A DNA stretch of 64,000 nt, from assembly GCA_965206695.1 (NCBI GenBank), contig CBDBKM010000002.1, positions 32,001 through 96,000 on the forward strand. The letters are read 5' to 3'. Every line of letters starts with the position of its first letter. Positions within the stretch are counted from its first letter, which is position 1. This document shows positions 10,331-20,209 of this stretch, piece by piece. A program made the position numbers and the translations under genes. The notes beneath the pieces were generated by a model, which saw nothing but the letters and a program-made list of their open reading frames with translations, was not told where the DNA came from and ran no database searches. This DNA is from Chlamydiales bacterium. GTDB lineage: Bacteria > Chlamydiota > Chlamydiia > Chlamydiales > JAAZZY01.

Positions 10331-11848
10331 ATGTATTTCACAAATATTTTTCATAATTTAAGAAAGCAAACCGTTCAAATAGAAAATGACAAGTATGTAA
10401 TTAGAAAATATAACGGCAAAATATGGGTAGTTCAAGAAGCAAATCAAAGTTTATTGAAACACGTTCCATTAGTAGACAGGATTAGTGACAAGATTCCCGG
10501 AGTTGCAACAAACGAGAAAGAAAAGGCTTTGCTAAAAAAAATCCGAGAACGAGGAATGATTGATATTCCGACAAAAGAATTGCTTATCCAAAAAACACGA
10601 CACTCTAACAGTTCAGATCAACTATCTTCGAAATCTTTTCAAGAAATAGGACGTTATGAAATACCAAAGACAGAGCTAACACGACTTATTCAGGAAGTCG
10701 CAGCATGGAAAAAAGATCAAACACAAAAAGGAATGGAAAGTAAAAGGTATAACGAAAAACCGCTATATAGAAAAAAAGATAAGAATTTATTGAATGATAG
10801 TGATCTGCGTGAAAAAAGTATCGAGGAACGGGTTAAAGATACTCAGCAGCAGGTTAAAAATATTAAAAAAATGAGTAAGGTTATTCAGGAGCTGAATCAA
10901 ACATTCCTCTTGAGACGGATTAAAGATATCGAGGAGCACAGTAACAGGATCGAGGAGCTGATTATATTTATCCAAAGGCCGGGTAAAGATACTAAGCAGC
11001 AGTATATTACTCAGCTGAATGACCTTATCCAAACACAGTTTAAACAGACCTTGTGTCTGAGTCAAGATACCCGACATCTTAATCAAGCTATTGATAAGCT
11101 GAATATAAATGTCCAAAAACTCAGTAAAAATATCCGGAATGAAAATATCGAAAAACTGAGTATAAATGTCCAGGAGCAGATTCAGGATATTCAGGAGTTG
11201 ATTATAAATGTCGAGAATCAAGATATCGAGGAGTTGATTATAAATGTCGAGAATCAAGATATCGAGAAGCGCATTACAAATATCCAAGATATCCAGAAAG
11301 AAATTAAACAGATCTACAAACTCGGTAAAAATATCCGGGATGAAGGTATCAAGGAGTTGATTAAAAATATCCGGGATGCAGATGTCCGGGATGAAGGTGT
11401 CGAGGAGTTGATTAAAGATATCGAGAAGTTGAGTATAAATGTCGAGAATCAAAATACGACTTCTGATTTAAAGGCTACAGAAAAACCGGAACCACTTAAG
11501 ACAATAAATAAAAAAGACTTTGTAGGCGTAGTTCATAATGAAATGCTCATAGTTGCTGACAAAAAAAATACAACACATTTAAAAGATTTTATAAACTTAC
11601 TCAAAAAAAATGAACATGAAGCATTTAAAATGATACCTTATCATGAAAAAATAGCTATAATTCCAACAAAAAAATTATACGAAACAAACTGCGCCCAATT
11701 CTCTTTAAAACACTCTACAGTTTCAATAACCAAACCCAAATATAGAACAGTAGAAGTACAAGGAATAGAAGAATCTATTTCAGTAATCAATTTAGTAACC
11801 GAAGATGGATTAATGGCAGCTCAACAAAAATTAATATACAAAAAATAG
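10331..11848 (+). CDS. Hypothetical coiled-coil protein with internal repeats
   Basis: 505-aa ORF with recurring DIEEL/INVENQ/KNIRDE units. Confidence 0.7.
   Translation: MYFTNIFHNLRKQTVQIENDKYVIRKYNGKIWVVQEANQSLLKHVPLVDRISDKIPGVATNEKEKALLKKIRERGMIDIPTKELLIQKTRHSNSSDQLSSKSFQEIGRYEIPKTELTRLIQEVAAWKKDQTQKGMESKRYNEKPLYRKKDKNLLNDSDLREKSIEERVKDTQQQVKNIKKMSKVIQELNQTFLLRRIKDIEEHSNRIEELIIFIQRPGKDTKQQYITQLNDLIQTQFKQTLCLSQDTRHLNQAIDKLNINVQKLSKNIRNENIEKLSINVQEQIQDIQELIINVENQDIEELIINVENQDIEKRITNIQDIQKEIKQIYKLGKNIRDEGIKELIKNIRDADVRDEGVEELIKDIEKLSINVENQNTTSDLKATEKPEPLKTINKKDFVGVVHNEMLIVADKKNTTHLKDFINLLKKNEHEAFKMIPYHEKIAIIPTKKLYETNCAQFSLKHSTVSITKPKYRTVEVQGIEESISVINLVTEDGLMAAQQKLIYKK
11195..11266 (+). repeat. 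Perfect 36-bp tandem duplication, in frame (ELIINVENQDIE x2)
   Basis: GAGTTGATTATAAATGTCGAGAATCAAGATATCGAG at 11195-11230 and 11231-11266. Confidence 0.92.
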
Positions 11849-12014
11849 ATCTCTGCATTACTGACTTGGTAATATTTTTAAAAACCCACTGATTGTCTAA
11901 ACTTATTTTTCATTTATTTTGATAAGTGTTATAATGAGCAGTTTTTTTATTATAGGTGCAAAGTATCGCATAGGCGCCAAGAAGCATTGTCAGAAATCAG
12001 TTATGCAGAGGTCT
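11847..12014. mobile_element. 168-bp MITE-like element with terminal inverted repeats
   Basis: AGATCTCTGCATTACTGA ... TCAGTTATGCAGAGGTCT; same termini as 18030-18096. Confidence 0.7.
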
Positions 12015-12398
12015 TTTTGCATTAAAAAATTTCTAACTTCATGAAATACTAAGGATTAAACCCAAAACTCAGGTTTATAACAACAATTTACAAAACATTC
12101 ATTTCTATAGAAGTTTATCATAGAGAATTGAAATAAACTTGTGGCCTTTAATACTTTCAGCCTCGTAACATACGAGCGAAACGCAATCATATTTTTATGT
12201 GTATATCTACTTGATTACACAAATTTAAGCGAAGGAGACGATATAAAATATCTTTTTATCAACAAGATTGGGAAATGACAAAGCCCGCTATCACTTTAAA
12301 TATGAAAAATATTTTGGCTATGTGTTAACATTTATGCGTAAAACTCCTGTTTAAAATTAAATGGGGGCCATCTTAATTAGTCAAAAACTTTTAATACT

Positions 12399-13997
12399 CT
12401 ATTTGATTTTTTTTTCAGCACTTATACCAATAATTGAAAGAATTTCCTGCACTTTAAAAACCTTTGCTAAAAGGAAAAGTCCCCCGGCAAACATGAAGAC
12501 TTGGTATATAAATGTAAGAACCTGATTGATAAGTAAAGAAGGGAATGTCATCCGGGTATCTAGAAATATAAAAGAAGCATTTTCTAACACCGGAGTTTTT
12601 AAAAAGAAAACATATAAAGATACAAAAAGACTACATAGCCCAACCTTTTTCCATGTTTCAAATAACTTATGAGGCCGCAATGTTTTCAAATTTATATAAA
12701 GGAGAAAAAAGTTTAACCAAGCGCTTAAACTCGTTGCAAGAGCTACGCTAAAGGCTCCTAACCGAAAACCGAATACAAACAATGTATTTAAAAGAATATT
12801 GGCAACTGTGACTGTTATTGTACCGGTAGTGGTCACTTTATATCGGTTCTGAGCATAAAATACGGGAGCTATTAATAAGACTAAAGTAGCCGGTATCAGG
12901 CTAAACGTATATCCCCATAAACAGATACTCGTCTCCCATGCAGAATTTAAATCAAACTGCCCACGAAAATACAGAAGGTTAATCATCGATGGCCCAATAA
13001 CAAACAAAGCCATCGTACACGGAACCATCAGGCCAATAGAGCGTCTGAATGCAAAATCTAATAATTTAGAAGATAACGTATGATCACCCGCTTTATAAGC
13101 CCTAGAAAATGGCGGCAATAAAGCCGCGGCTAAAGAAACACCGAAAAAAGCTAAAGGCACTTGGTAAATACGAATCGCATACCACAAATAAGCAGGCCCT
13201 TGAAGGTCTGCATATCGAGCAAAAAGCGGGTCTAGAGCACTATTAATTTGTGTTGCACCAACGCCTAATATACCTAATGATAGAGGCTTTAAAATCGAAA
13301 TAAAGTCATAAGAGAAGTCCTTAAATTCCTTTAAGAAATTAAATGAACATTGCCTGTATAAAAATCCAATCGTCTGCGGTAGAGTGATCATCCATTGGCA
13401 GACAACACCAAAAATAATGGCAAAAGCCAGCCAAGCCACTGCTTGGATAGGTGCCCGGCCCTTGAGACTAAATGTTGCAATAATCCATATGACATTGAAA
13501 GCTACAGGAGATACGGCCGGAACAAAAAAAATACGCTCACATTGCAATAAGGAACTATTTAGAGCCATATGACAAATAAAAAACAGACTCGGAAATAATA
13601 TCGCTGTCAAATATATAATTTCCTTAGTATCTGAGCTTAAATTTCCAAAATTCAGCCAACAGACGAGGAATGTCTCAACCACTATTGTTAAAATAATAAG
13701 TATTAATGAAAGTAATATAGAGACATTACGAAAGAAAACAGCTGCTTGTTGAGTAGACTCTTTACGCTTTTCTTCAAAAAACGGAACAAAAGCTGAATGC
13801 AAAGCCCCTTCTCCAAATAGCCTACGAAACAGGTTAGAGAAACGAAAAGCAATCAGAAGAGCTGCAATAGCGGGATCGCTTCCAAAGATAGCCGCCATAC
13901 TCATATCCCTTGCTAGGCCACTTAACCGGCTTAAAAAGGTGCCGGAAAAAAATCTACCGGCAGACTGAGTAATTGTCTGAGTGGAATCAAAAACCAT
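12399..13997 (-). CDS. murJ: Lipid II flippase MurJ (MviN)
   Basis: SRLSGLARD, AFRFSNLFRRLFGEGALHSAFVP; polytopic membrane protein. Confidence 0.95.
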   Translation of the reverse strand: MVFDSTQTITQSAGRFFSGTFLSRLSGLARDMSMAAIFGSDPAIAALLIAFRFSNLFRRLFGEGALHSAFVPFFEEKRKESTQQAAVFFRNVSILLSLILIILTIVVETFLVCWLNFGNLSSDTKEIIYLTAILFPSLFFICHMALNSSLLQCERIFFVPAVSPVAFNVIWIIATFSLKGRAPIQAVAWLAFAIIFGVVCQWMITLPQTIGFLYRQCSFNFLKEFKDFSYDFISILKPLSLGILGVGATQINSALDPLFARYADLQGPAYLWYAIRIYQVPLAFFGVSLAAALLPPFSRAYKAGDHTLSSKLLDFAFRRSIGLMVPCTMALFVIGPSMINLLYFRGQFDLNSAWETSICLWGYTFSLIPATLVLLIAPVFYAQNRYKVTTTGTITVTVANILLNTLFVFGFRLGAFSVALATSLSAWLNFFLLYINLKTLRPHKLFETWKKVGLCSLFVSLYVFFLKTPVLENASFIFLDTRMTFPSLLINQVLTFIYQVFMFAGGLFLLAKVFKVQEILSIIGISAEKKIK

Positions 13998-14106
13998 TAT
14001 TTTCTCTTTTTTGGAAGAATTTGATAGCTCCCAACCCTAAAAGGAAGAGATGCCTAATTCAACGGCCCTTGCTAACAAATGTTAATCTAATACGATCTCC
14101 AAAGGC

Positions 14107-14710
14107 TTAAATTACCGACTGCCCTTCGGTATCTATATTATAGGCTGCGTTATAATCTCTGTCATGCAAAGTATTGCATATGGGATATTTCCAAGATCTT
14201 ATACCGCAAGCTAATTTTCCTACATTGTGGTTGCATATGAAGCATCATTGTGTACCGGGAAAATTTTTAGGTAGTTCTACCATATTTCTTTCGCATATCT
14301 TTTATTTTTTAACATACTTTTGATATCTAAACCTTCAATTATGATTGCTTGGTTTTCACGAATCAATTGTGTAGAAAGTTTATGATGAAAGTCATGTCTT
14401 ATATTTTTAGTTTTAAATGTAGGAAAATGAACTCTCTTTTTAAAAAAAATTGAATACAATCTATCAAGGTTCCTAAGACTTTGCTGTAGACAAACAGATG
14501 ACACTTCTTTTAACAAAAAAAAATCTTTATTTTGGTTAAGATCTGTCAAGAATGCTGATGTCGCAGAGTAGGAGATACTTTCTTTTGCTTAATCTTAAAA
14601 TTTAAAGCTTGATTATACACTATCCTACAACAACCAAAGCTTTTAGCTAAAAGCTCTTTTTGTTTTTTTGCCGGATAGAATTTAAATTTATAAGCTTTTT
14701 TAATAGTCAT
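14107..14710 (-). pseudogene. tnpB: tnpB pseudogene (frameshifts; deletion removes the RuvC-I region)
   Basis: MTIKKAYKFKFYP..., LQQSLRNLD, DFHHKLSTQLIRENQAIIIEGL; collinear with the copy at 58588 but about 440 bp shorter. Confidence 0.9.
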
Positions 14711-14847
14711 ACGTTGTATCATACTATTGATATATATTCATTCACGCTTCTTTGATATGGCGTTAATTGATTCATATAAAATTAATATCATATTTATACT
14801 TTTTTGTGTACCTTATCAGTAGCGAAGAGTACATATATATTGTTCAC

Positions 14848-15236
14848 ATGGAAAAACGGCAAACTTCAAAGGCAACTATCTTTAATCTTAGTTATCCTAT
14901 TATTTGGTGTACTAAGGATAGAAGAGAAGTTCTCGATAGAGATATTAAGAAAAGACTAAGCGAGTTATTAAATAAGAAAGCCAATCAACTCTCTATGGAA
15001 GCTAAAGAACTTGATATTATGCCTGACCATGTACATCTATTCACTAACACTCAACCCATTCAATATCAATATCTTGCAATTGAAAAGGTACAGTAGTCGC
15101 TTGTTAAGGCAAGAATGCTCAAGTTTAAAATCTCGAGTGCCTACATGATGAACAAGACCGTAATATGTTGATAGTGTGGAAAAGCTTAATGAATATACAA
15201 TTAGGAAGTATATACAAAGTCAAAAAAAACAAATAA
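14848..15236 (+). pseudogene. tnpA: IS200/IS605 Y1 transposase pseudogene
   Basis: IIWCTK, MPDHVHLF (HUH motif); frameshift and stops after about 15070; KYIQSQK (catalytic Tyr region) in another frame. Confidence 0.9.
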
Positions 15237-15298
15237 ACGCTCTCATCCCAATGCTAAAGCAAAGGGTTTTCTCGCTTAATTGTCATAACAAGATGTTA

Positions 15299-16233
15299 TA
15301 GTATTTTAATTTTTATTTGATAATATGTTATCCTTCTTTTTTTATACAAACAGTAAGGACAAAACAATGCCTAGAGCCTATTCAGTAGATCTTCGAGAGA
15401 AAGTATTACAACATATAGAAAAACATCATGATAAAAAAACAGCCGGCCATATTTTTCAAGTAGGTATCGCAACAATATATCGATGGATCTTGCAAAAAAA
15501 GCAAAAAGGACATTTAAAGCCAATCCGCAGAAAATATGCTTATAAGAAATTAGATGATGAGTTGTTATCTAAATATGTAGAAAAACATCCGGATTATTTT
15601 TTATCGGAAATTGCTGATTATTTTTCAGTCACTCCGCAAACGATTTTTTATGCCCTTAAAAGATTAAAAATTACACGAAAAAAAAAACTACTCGCTATAA
15701 GGAAAGAGATGAAAAGAAACGGGAAGCTTTTATGAAAAATTTAAAAAATATTCCCTTTGACAAGAGAATTTATCTCGATGAAACCGGGATTCATCAATTT
15801 TTATTTCGTGAGTCCGGAAGAAGCTTACGCGGCAAAAAAGTTTTTGGAGCGGTTTCAGGAAACCGCTTTATAAGGCAAAATATTATTTCAGCCCTATCTA
15901 AAGGGCAGTTTTTATCTCCAATGTGTTTTGAAGGTACTTGTAATACCGGGTTATTCAATATTTGGCTTAAGGAAGTTTTGACTCCTCAGCTTACACCCGG
16001 TAGTGTTCTTATTCTTGACAATGCCGGTTTTCACAAGTCAGCGGAAAGCAGGAAAATAGTAGCATCTGCCGGTTGTAAGCTTATGTTTCTTCCTCCATAT
16101 TCTCCGGACTTAAATCCTATAGAAAAATATTGGGCTAATATGAAAAATAAAATTAGAGAGATATTACGAAAAGTTACGAATTTTACATTCGCCATTGATC
16201 AAGCAATCTTATCAATGTAAAATTAAATGACTA
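15299..16233 (+). mobile_element. IS630-family insertion sequence, apparently intact
   Basis: Imperfect TIRs TAGTATTTTAATTTT / AAAATTAAATGACTA with flanking TA at 15297-98 and 16234-35. Confidence 0.88.
15367..16220 (+). CDS. IS630 transposase split in two frames, joined by a -1 shift at A10 (15678-15687)
   Basis: OrfA MPRAYSVDLREKV (HTH); the -1 frame continues KKTTRYKERDEKKR into IYLDETG, LILDNAGFH, LPPYSPDLNPIE (DDE triad). Confidence 0.9.
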
Positions 16234-16259
16234 TAAAGGTCGACTATATCTTGATTATC

Positions 16260-17735
16260 TTAAGCCTTAATGAATACTTGTTTGGATAACCGATCTTCTT
16301 CCATTTCTTGTAACACAAAATCATCCATGGTTTGATCGATGATTTTTTGAGTCAATTTGTTATCGAAAGTAGTTGATTTCTTACCACTGATCACATTAAT
16401 GAACTTACTTAACCTTCTACCGGTAAAACCTTCTGTTTTCTCAGCCATCAACATAATCTTTGCCTCACTGAAAAAATCACTTCTTTCTTCAGAAGTAAAA
16501 AAGTCAAAGACCAGATTAGTCAACATCTGTGTTCTTTGTTCTTTTCCCGGTGGTAATATCTGTATCTTATGATCCATCCTATCTAAAATAGCAGGATCTA
16601 AATCCTGCCTACGATTAGTGGATAATACAACCATTAATTTCTTACTCTCAGTACCTGTTCTATTAAGAAAAGCATCAAGAAGTTCTAGCTCTTCTGCTCG
16701 ATTCATAAGACCTCGATCTCGACAAAGAGCCTCAGCTTCATCTATAAATAAAACAGTACCGTTAGACGATTCAGCTGCATCGATTAACTTATTCAATTCC
16801 GTAACATGCTCTCCTCGTTTAATAAATTGTGCTAAATCTCCACCTGTCATCATCATATACTGCAACCCTGACTCATAAGCAATTTGTCTGGCTAACATCG
16901 TTTTACCTGTCCCTCCCGGACCATGTAAAAGAACGTTCTGTAAATACCCGCTATTTTTCTGAATATTTTTTGTTGCTTGAATGATCTCATCAGCCTTTCT
17001 TCTAATCGTTTCACTGAGAACAGGTGCTTTAAATTTTTCACTTCCACTCCAAATAGCATTCCAATAACTACCAATTTTTTCTTTCAAAGAGTTATACTTT
17101 ACTTCCCTTGCAAGCGTTGGCTTGCTCATATTATATACAGCTACATCATAAGCATATTTAATTCCATAGTAAGCAACGCCTGTAAGCAATGTTCCCGCAA
17201 TACCGTAAGCAATATAAGTTCTGGCAATAGAGCCTATACTATCGTTCATGATGTCTGTTATTTCTTCCGAGGCATCTTTAAACTCTTCTTTCATAGCATC
17301 TATAGTTGGTCTAAAAGAATCGTGAAAAGCCTGAGCTGCTTTTTCACCGGCCTCTTTTGCCGCATTAATATCGATTCCACCAATCGCTTGCTGAAACTCT
17401 TCTGAAATCTTCCGTGTAAATTTACTGGAGTCAAATACATCAAAAAATGCAGAGAAATCAGTGAATTTCTTTCCTAATTGTTCAGATATTTTAACAGCAT
17501 CAAAATTATTAATTGCTTCTTGTACTGCAGTATTAACACTTTGAGTCAACTTTGTAGCAGTTGCATTAAAAATCTTATCTACATCCATGCCGTCTACCGT
17601 GCCTTTAAAACCGTCAAAAAAAACTTCACCTATTTTATTTCCAATATTTGAAGCAATAATCGGCATTAAATCATACCCGTATTTTATAGAAACCAGAGCT
17701 ATGCAAGTAGCAGCTCCCAGATTTAACAAACCCAC
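16260..17735 (-). CDS. Membrane-anchored AAA+ ATPase, ATAD3-like
   Basis: Walker A GPGGTGKT, Walker B VLFIDEAE; YMMMTGGDLA, LDAFLNRTG, KPTLARE and a preceding TM helix recall ATAD3. GTG start with AAGGT upstream. Confidence 0.85.
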   Translation of the reverse strand: MGLLNLGAATCIALVSIKYGYDLMPIIASNIGNKIGEVFFDGFKGTVDGMDVDKIFNATATKLTQSVNTAVQEAINNFDAVKISEQLGKKFTDFSAFFDVFDSSKFTRKISEEFQQAIGGIDINAAKEAGEKAAQAFHDSFRPTIDAMKEEFKDASEEITDIMNDSIGSIARTYIAYGIAGTLLTGVAYYGIKYAYDVAVYNMSKPTLAREVKYNSLKEKIGSYWNAIWSGSEKFKAPVLSETIRRKADEIIQATKNIQKNSGYLQNVLLHGPGGTGKTMLARQIAYESGLQYMMMTGGDLAQFIKRGEHVTELNKLIDAAESSNGTVLFIDEAEALCRDRGLMNRAEELELLDAFLNRTGTESKKLMVVLSTNRRQDLDPAILDRMDHKIQILPPGKEQRTQMLTNLVFDFFTSEERSDFFSEAKIMLMAEKTEGFTGRRLSKFINVISGKKSTTFDNKLTQKIIDQTMDDFVLQEMEEDRLSKQVFIKA

Positions 17736-17929
17736 CGTATACCTTTTTTTTTAATTAATTTTAAATTCTTGAATTCCTCAACTAATAAACTATACTGATT
17801 TAAGTTGAAGAATTGACAAATTGAGTTGAACTAATCATTCTAAAATTATTTGTCATGCTCCTTTTTAAGAAATCAGACTAGCTCATGATCGGATTTGCAC
17901 GTTTCCTTAAAAAACCTAAAATTTTATCC

Positions 17930-18029
17930 TTAAGAATCGTAGCCCGGTACATTTTCCCGCCCACATGCGTGTTACCATTCCTCTTTGACCCATTCTAGCT
18001 TCGTCTTGAAACCAAATATCCACTTTATA
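17930..18029 (-). pseudogene. IS630-family transposase fragment (different element from 15299)
   Basis: Minus strand reads VDIWFQDEARMGQRGMVTRMWAGK, the first catalytic Asp motif of IS630 transposases. Confidence 0.75.
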
Positions 18030-18096
18030 AGACCTCTGCATAACTTATTGATTTAGTCGTCGATTATGATGAAAAATGTAAGTTATGCAGAGGTCT
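18030..18096. mobile_element. 67-bp MITE-like palindromic element
   Basis: Perfect 18-bp inverted repeat AGACCTCTGCATAACTTA / TAAGTTATGCAGAGGTCT. Confidence 0.75.
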
Positions 18097-18156
18097 TTTT
18101 ATTGCTGTTTTATCTGTTACTTAATCGGATTGATATTAATAGGACTCGCTCGATTA

Positions 18157-19056
18157 TTATAAGCTAGTCGCTTCAATATCATCAGCCGGTTCAATTAAGC
18201 CAAGACGCCCTAAAAGGTGTTCTACTAAAACAATGGAATCTGAATATCCTTCTTTTAGTTGAGGAACAACATCCTTTAAATATGGATTCCTTTTGTCTAG
18301 AAGAGTAGGATTATATTCAAAATGAACGCCGCTTAGTATAGCTTTCCCGTCACCTACCGTACATTCAATAATAGCAGGCTTCTTCTCGGCAGTATCTTCA
18401 TATAAAGCTAAAACTAAGACATTATCATAGAATTCAGGATGAACGAAATATCCTCCCCCATTATAATACGAGACAAAACCCTTATCAGAAGAAAAGGGAG
18501 AATCCTGATTCCAAGCTAATTTTGCCGCTCTAACCCCCTTTAAACTTTTATAGTCATATTCACCAAGAATCGGACCACGGACTGTACCGGGATAAAAAGC
18601 TAACTCTCTACATCCCATTACTTGAATTTCACTCCCTCTTCCGAAGTCTACATATTTTCCACCATAATAGCTGCCTGCACAAATGCCTAAATAAGCCCCG
18701 CCGGCCTCCACAAAATCTTTAATCTTCCGGTTTCCTTTTCCATTTAAATCTTTGGTATAAGGAATATCAGCGCCTCCGGGCATGATAAATAATGCCGTAT
18801 TATCTTCCCAGTTTTCATGACATAGTTGATATGGACCAATCTTCTTAATATGATATTGTTCACCTACAAGCTGCTCGACAGTTGCTATGGTGTGGCGTAA
18901 AGATTCTTCACTTGCTCCCGGACCTGAATAAACAAGGATCTTCATACGATCATCAACTAATTCCGATTTCTTCTTTTTTTGTGTTAGCATTACAACTGAT
19001 ATTGCAACAAGAGCTACTATGAATAATTTAACAAGAAATCTAATCATCTTATCCAA
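18157..19056 (-). CDS. BPL_N (biotin-protein ligase N-terminal, class I GATase-like) domain protein with N-terminal TM anchor
   Basis: ILVYSGPG, FIMPGGADIPY, GGAYLGICAGSYY, ILSGVHFEY. Confidence 0.85.
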   Translation of the reverse strand: MDKMIRFLVKLFIVALVAISVVMLTQKKKKSELVDDRMKILVYSGPGASEESLRHTIATVEQLVGEQYHIKKIGPYQLCHENWEDNTALFIMPGGADIPYTKDLNGKGNRKIKDFVEAGGAYLGICAGSYYGGKYVDFGRGSEIQVMGCRELAFYPGTVRGPILGEYDYKSLKGVRAAKLAWNQDSPFSSDKGFVSYYNGGGYFVHPEFYDNVLVLALYEDTAEKKPAIIECTVGDGKAILSGVHFEYNPTLLDKRNPYLKDVVPQLKEGYSDSIVLVEHLLGRLGLIEPADDIEATSL

Positions 19057-19239
19057 TCCTCAAAAATTCAAATTTTTCCATTTAAAGAAGAATTTCTAAA
19101 AATGCGGGTAAATGATAACAGAAAAATGATCAAAAGGCTAGAATCTTAAATGAGATAATAAAATGAGGAGAAAACCCTTCCCTGTAAAATTAATGATTAA
19201 AATCTATTGCCTACAGCCGTGATACCCATTAAGCGATCT

Positions 19240-19899
19240 CAGAATGGAAGATGCCATATATGACCGTTCGTCTTTTCATTTTTTTTTAGACTTCGATATC
19301 TGTATTGATAAAGTTCCGGATGAGAATACGATTTTACATTTTCGGCATCTCTTAGAGCCACACGAGCTGACAAAAAAAATTTGATTACATCAAAGAATTT
19401 ATTAGCGAAAAAAAGGCTATTAATGACCGAAGGTACATGAGTGGATGTTAGCCTTAATTCACACTTTAGAAACATTCTGTGCCAAAGAAGATGACTCACA
19501 ATCTTTTTTCTCTCTCTGATATGTTAAAGCAACATCCTTATCATCCCTTATCGAATAAATAACATATTCGCAACCGACATCATGCAAAGATACGAGCTAA
19601 AGTGGAGTTCTCTTTCCAAGTGATCAAGCATCAATAGGGGCTATTATAAAACTTGTTATAAAGGATTAAGAACAAACACCTCACAGATTTTTATATTATG
19701 CACCCTCTATAACTTCTTTAACGTCAGGAAAAAAAGATTCTAAATCCGGTCTAACCGGACTCTTATTGCCAATAAGATCGAGTAATTATTTTAAATTCGG
19801 TAAAAACCCAATATTTGACCAAGAAAATCTTGTTAAATACCAAATCCTTCTTTTCTAAACCCATCTTTCTACAAAAACTTATTAATCAGATGTTCTTTA
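19240..19899 (+). pseudogene. IS5-family transposase remnant
   Basis: Fragments EDAIYDRSSF, DKVPDENTILHFRHLLE, RAKVEFSFQVIKHQ with frameshifts; IR-like TTAATCAGATGTTCTTTA near 19882-19899. Confidence 0.8.
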
Positions 19900-19902
19900 A
19901 GT

Positions 19903-20018
19903 ATATTGTAGAAAATGCTTTTCTTCATTTAAAACGATGGCGTGGTATTGCTACTCGATATGCTAAGAATACAGCATCATTCTTGGCTGCTGTTCACATT
20001 CGTCGTATTGCTCTCTGA
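19903..20018 (+). pseudogene. C-terminal fragment of a second IS5-family transposase
   Basis: VENAFLHLKRWRGIATRYAKNTASFLAAVHI. Confidence 0.8.
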
Positions 20019-20209
20019 GGGGTATATTATCCGGTAATATAAAGGTCTCTTTTTTTTTAAATGTTGATAAGTTATTAATTTTATTATATTTAAGTAAATT
20101 ATTTCTTATTTTTAATAAAACCTTTTTTTAAAAAAAGCATATTGCTAAGGTAACCATTAGGGGGAGAAGTATTCTCCTAAGTTATGAACCATAAATAAGG
20201 AAAATAATC

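Larger units (their letters stand above)
14021..15284 (-). mobile_element. Degenerate IS605-type element (divergent tnpA and tnpB)
   Basis: Left-end hairpin near 15247-15284 preceded by TTAT on the minus strand; right-end hairpin ending TCAA at 14021; tnpA and tnpB remnants between. Confidence 0.9.

Noticed and set aside
10787..11452. 221-aa antisense ORF with LLDIF repeats resembling leucine-rich repeats
   Set aside because: Mirror of the repeat core of the + strand gene; no independent start signal or domain.
17800..17856. Short ORF (MTNNFRMISSTQFVNSST) with a good RBS upstream of the ATAD3-like gene, as a possible lost N-terminus
   Set aside because: Out of frame with the ATPase and separated by stops; no single change joins them.
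20040..20209. Sigma-28 promoter expected upstream of an hctB-like gene
   Set aside because: No convincing TAAA-N15-GCCGATAA-like match found.
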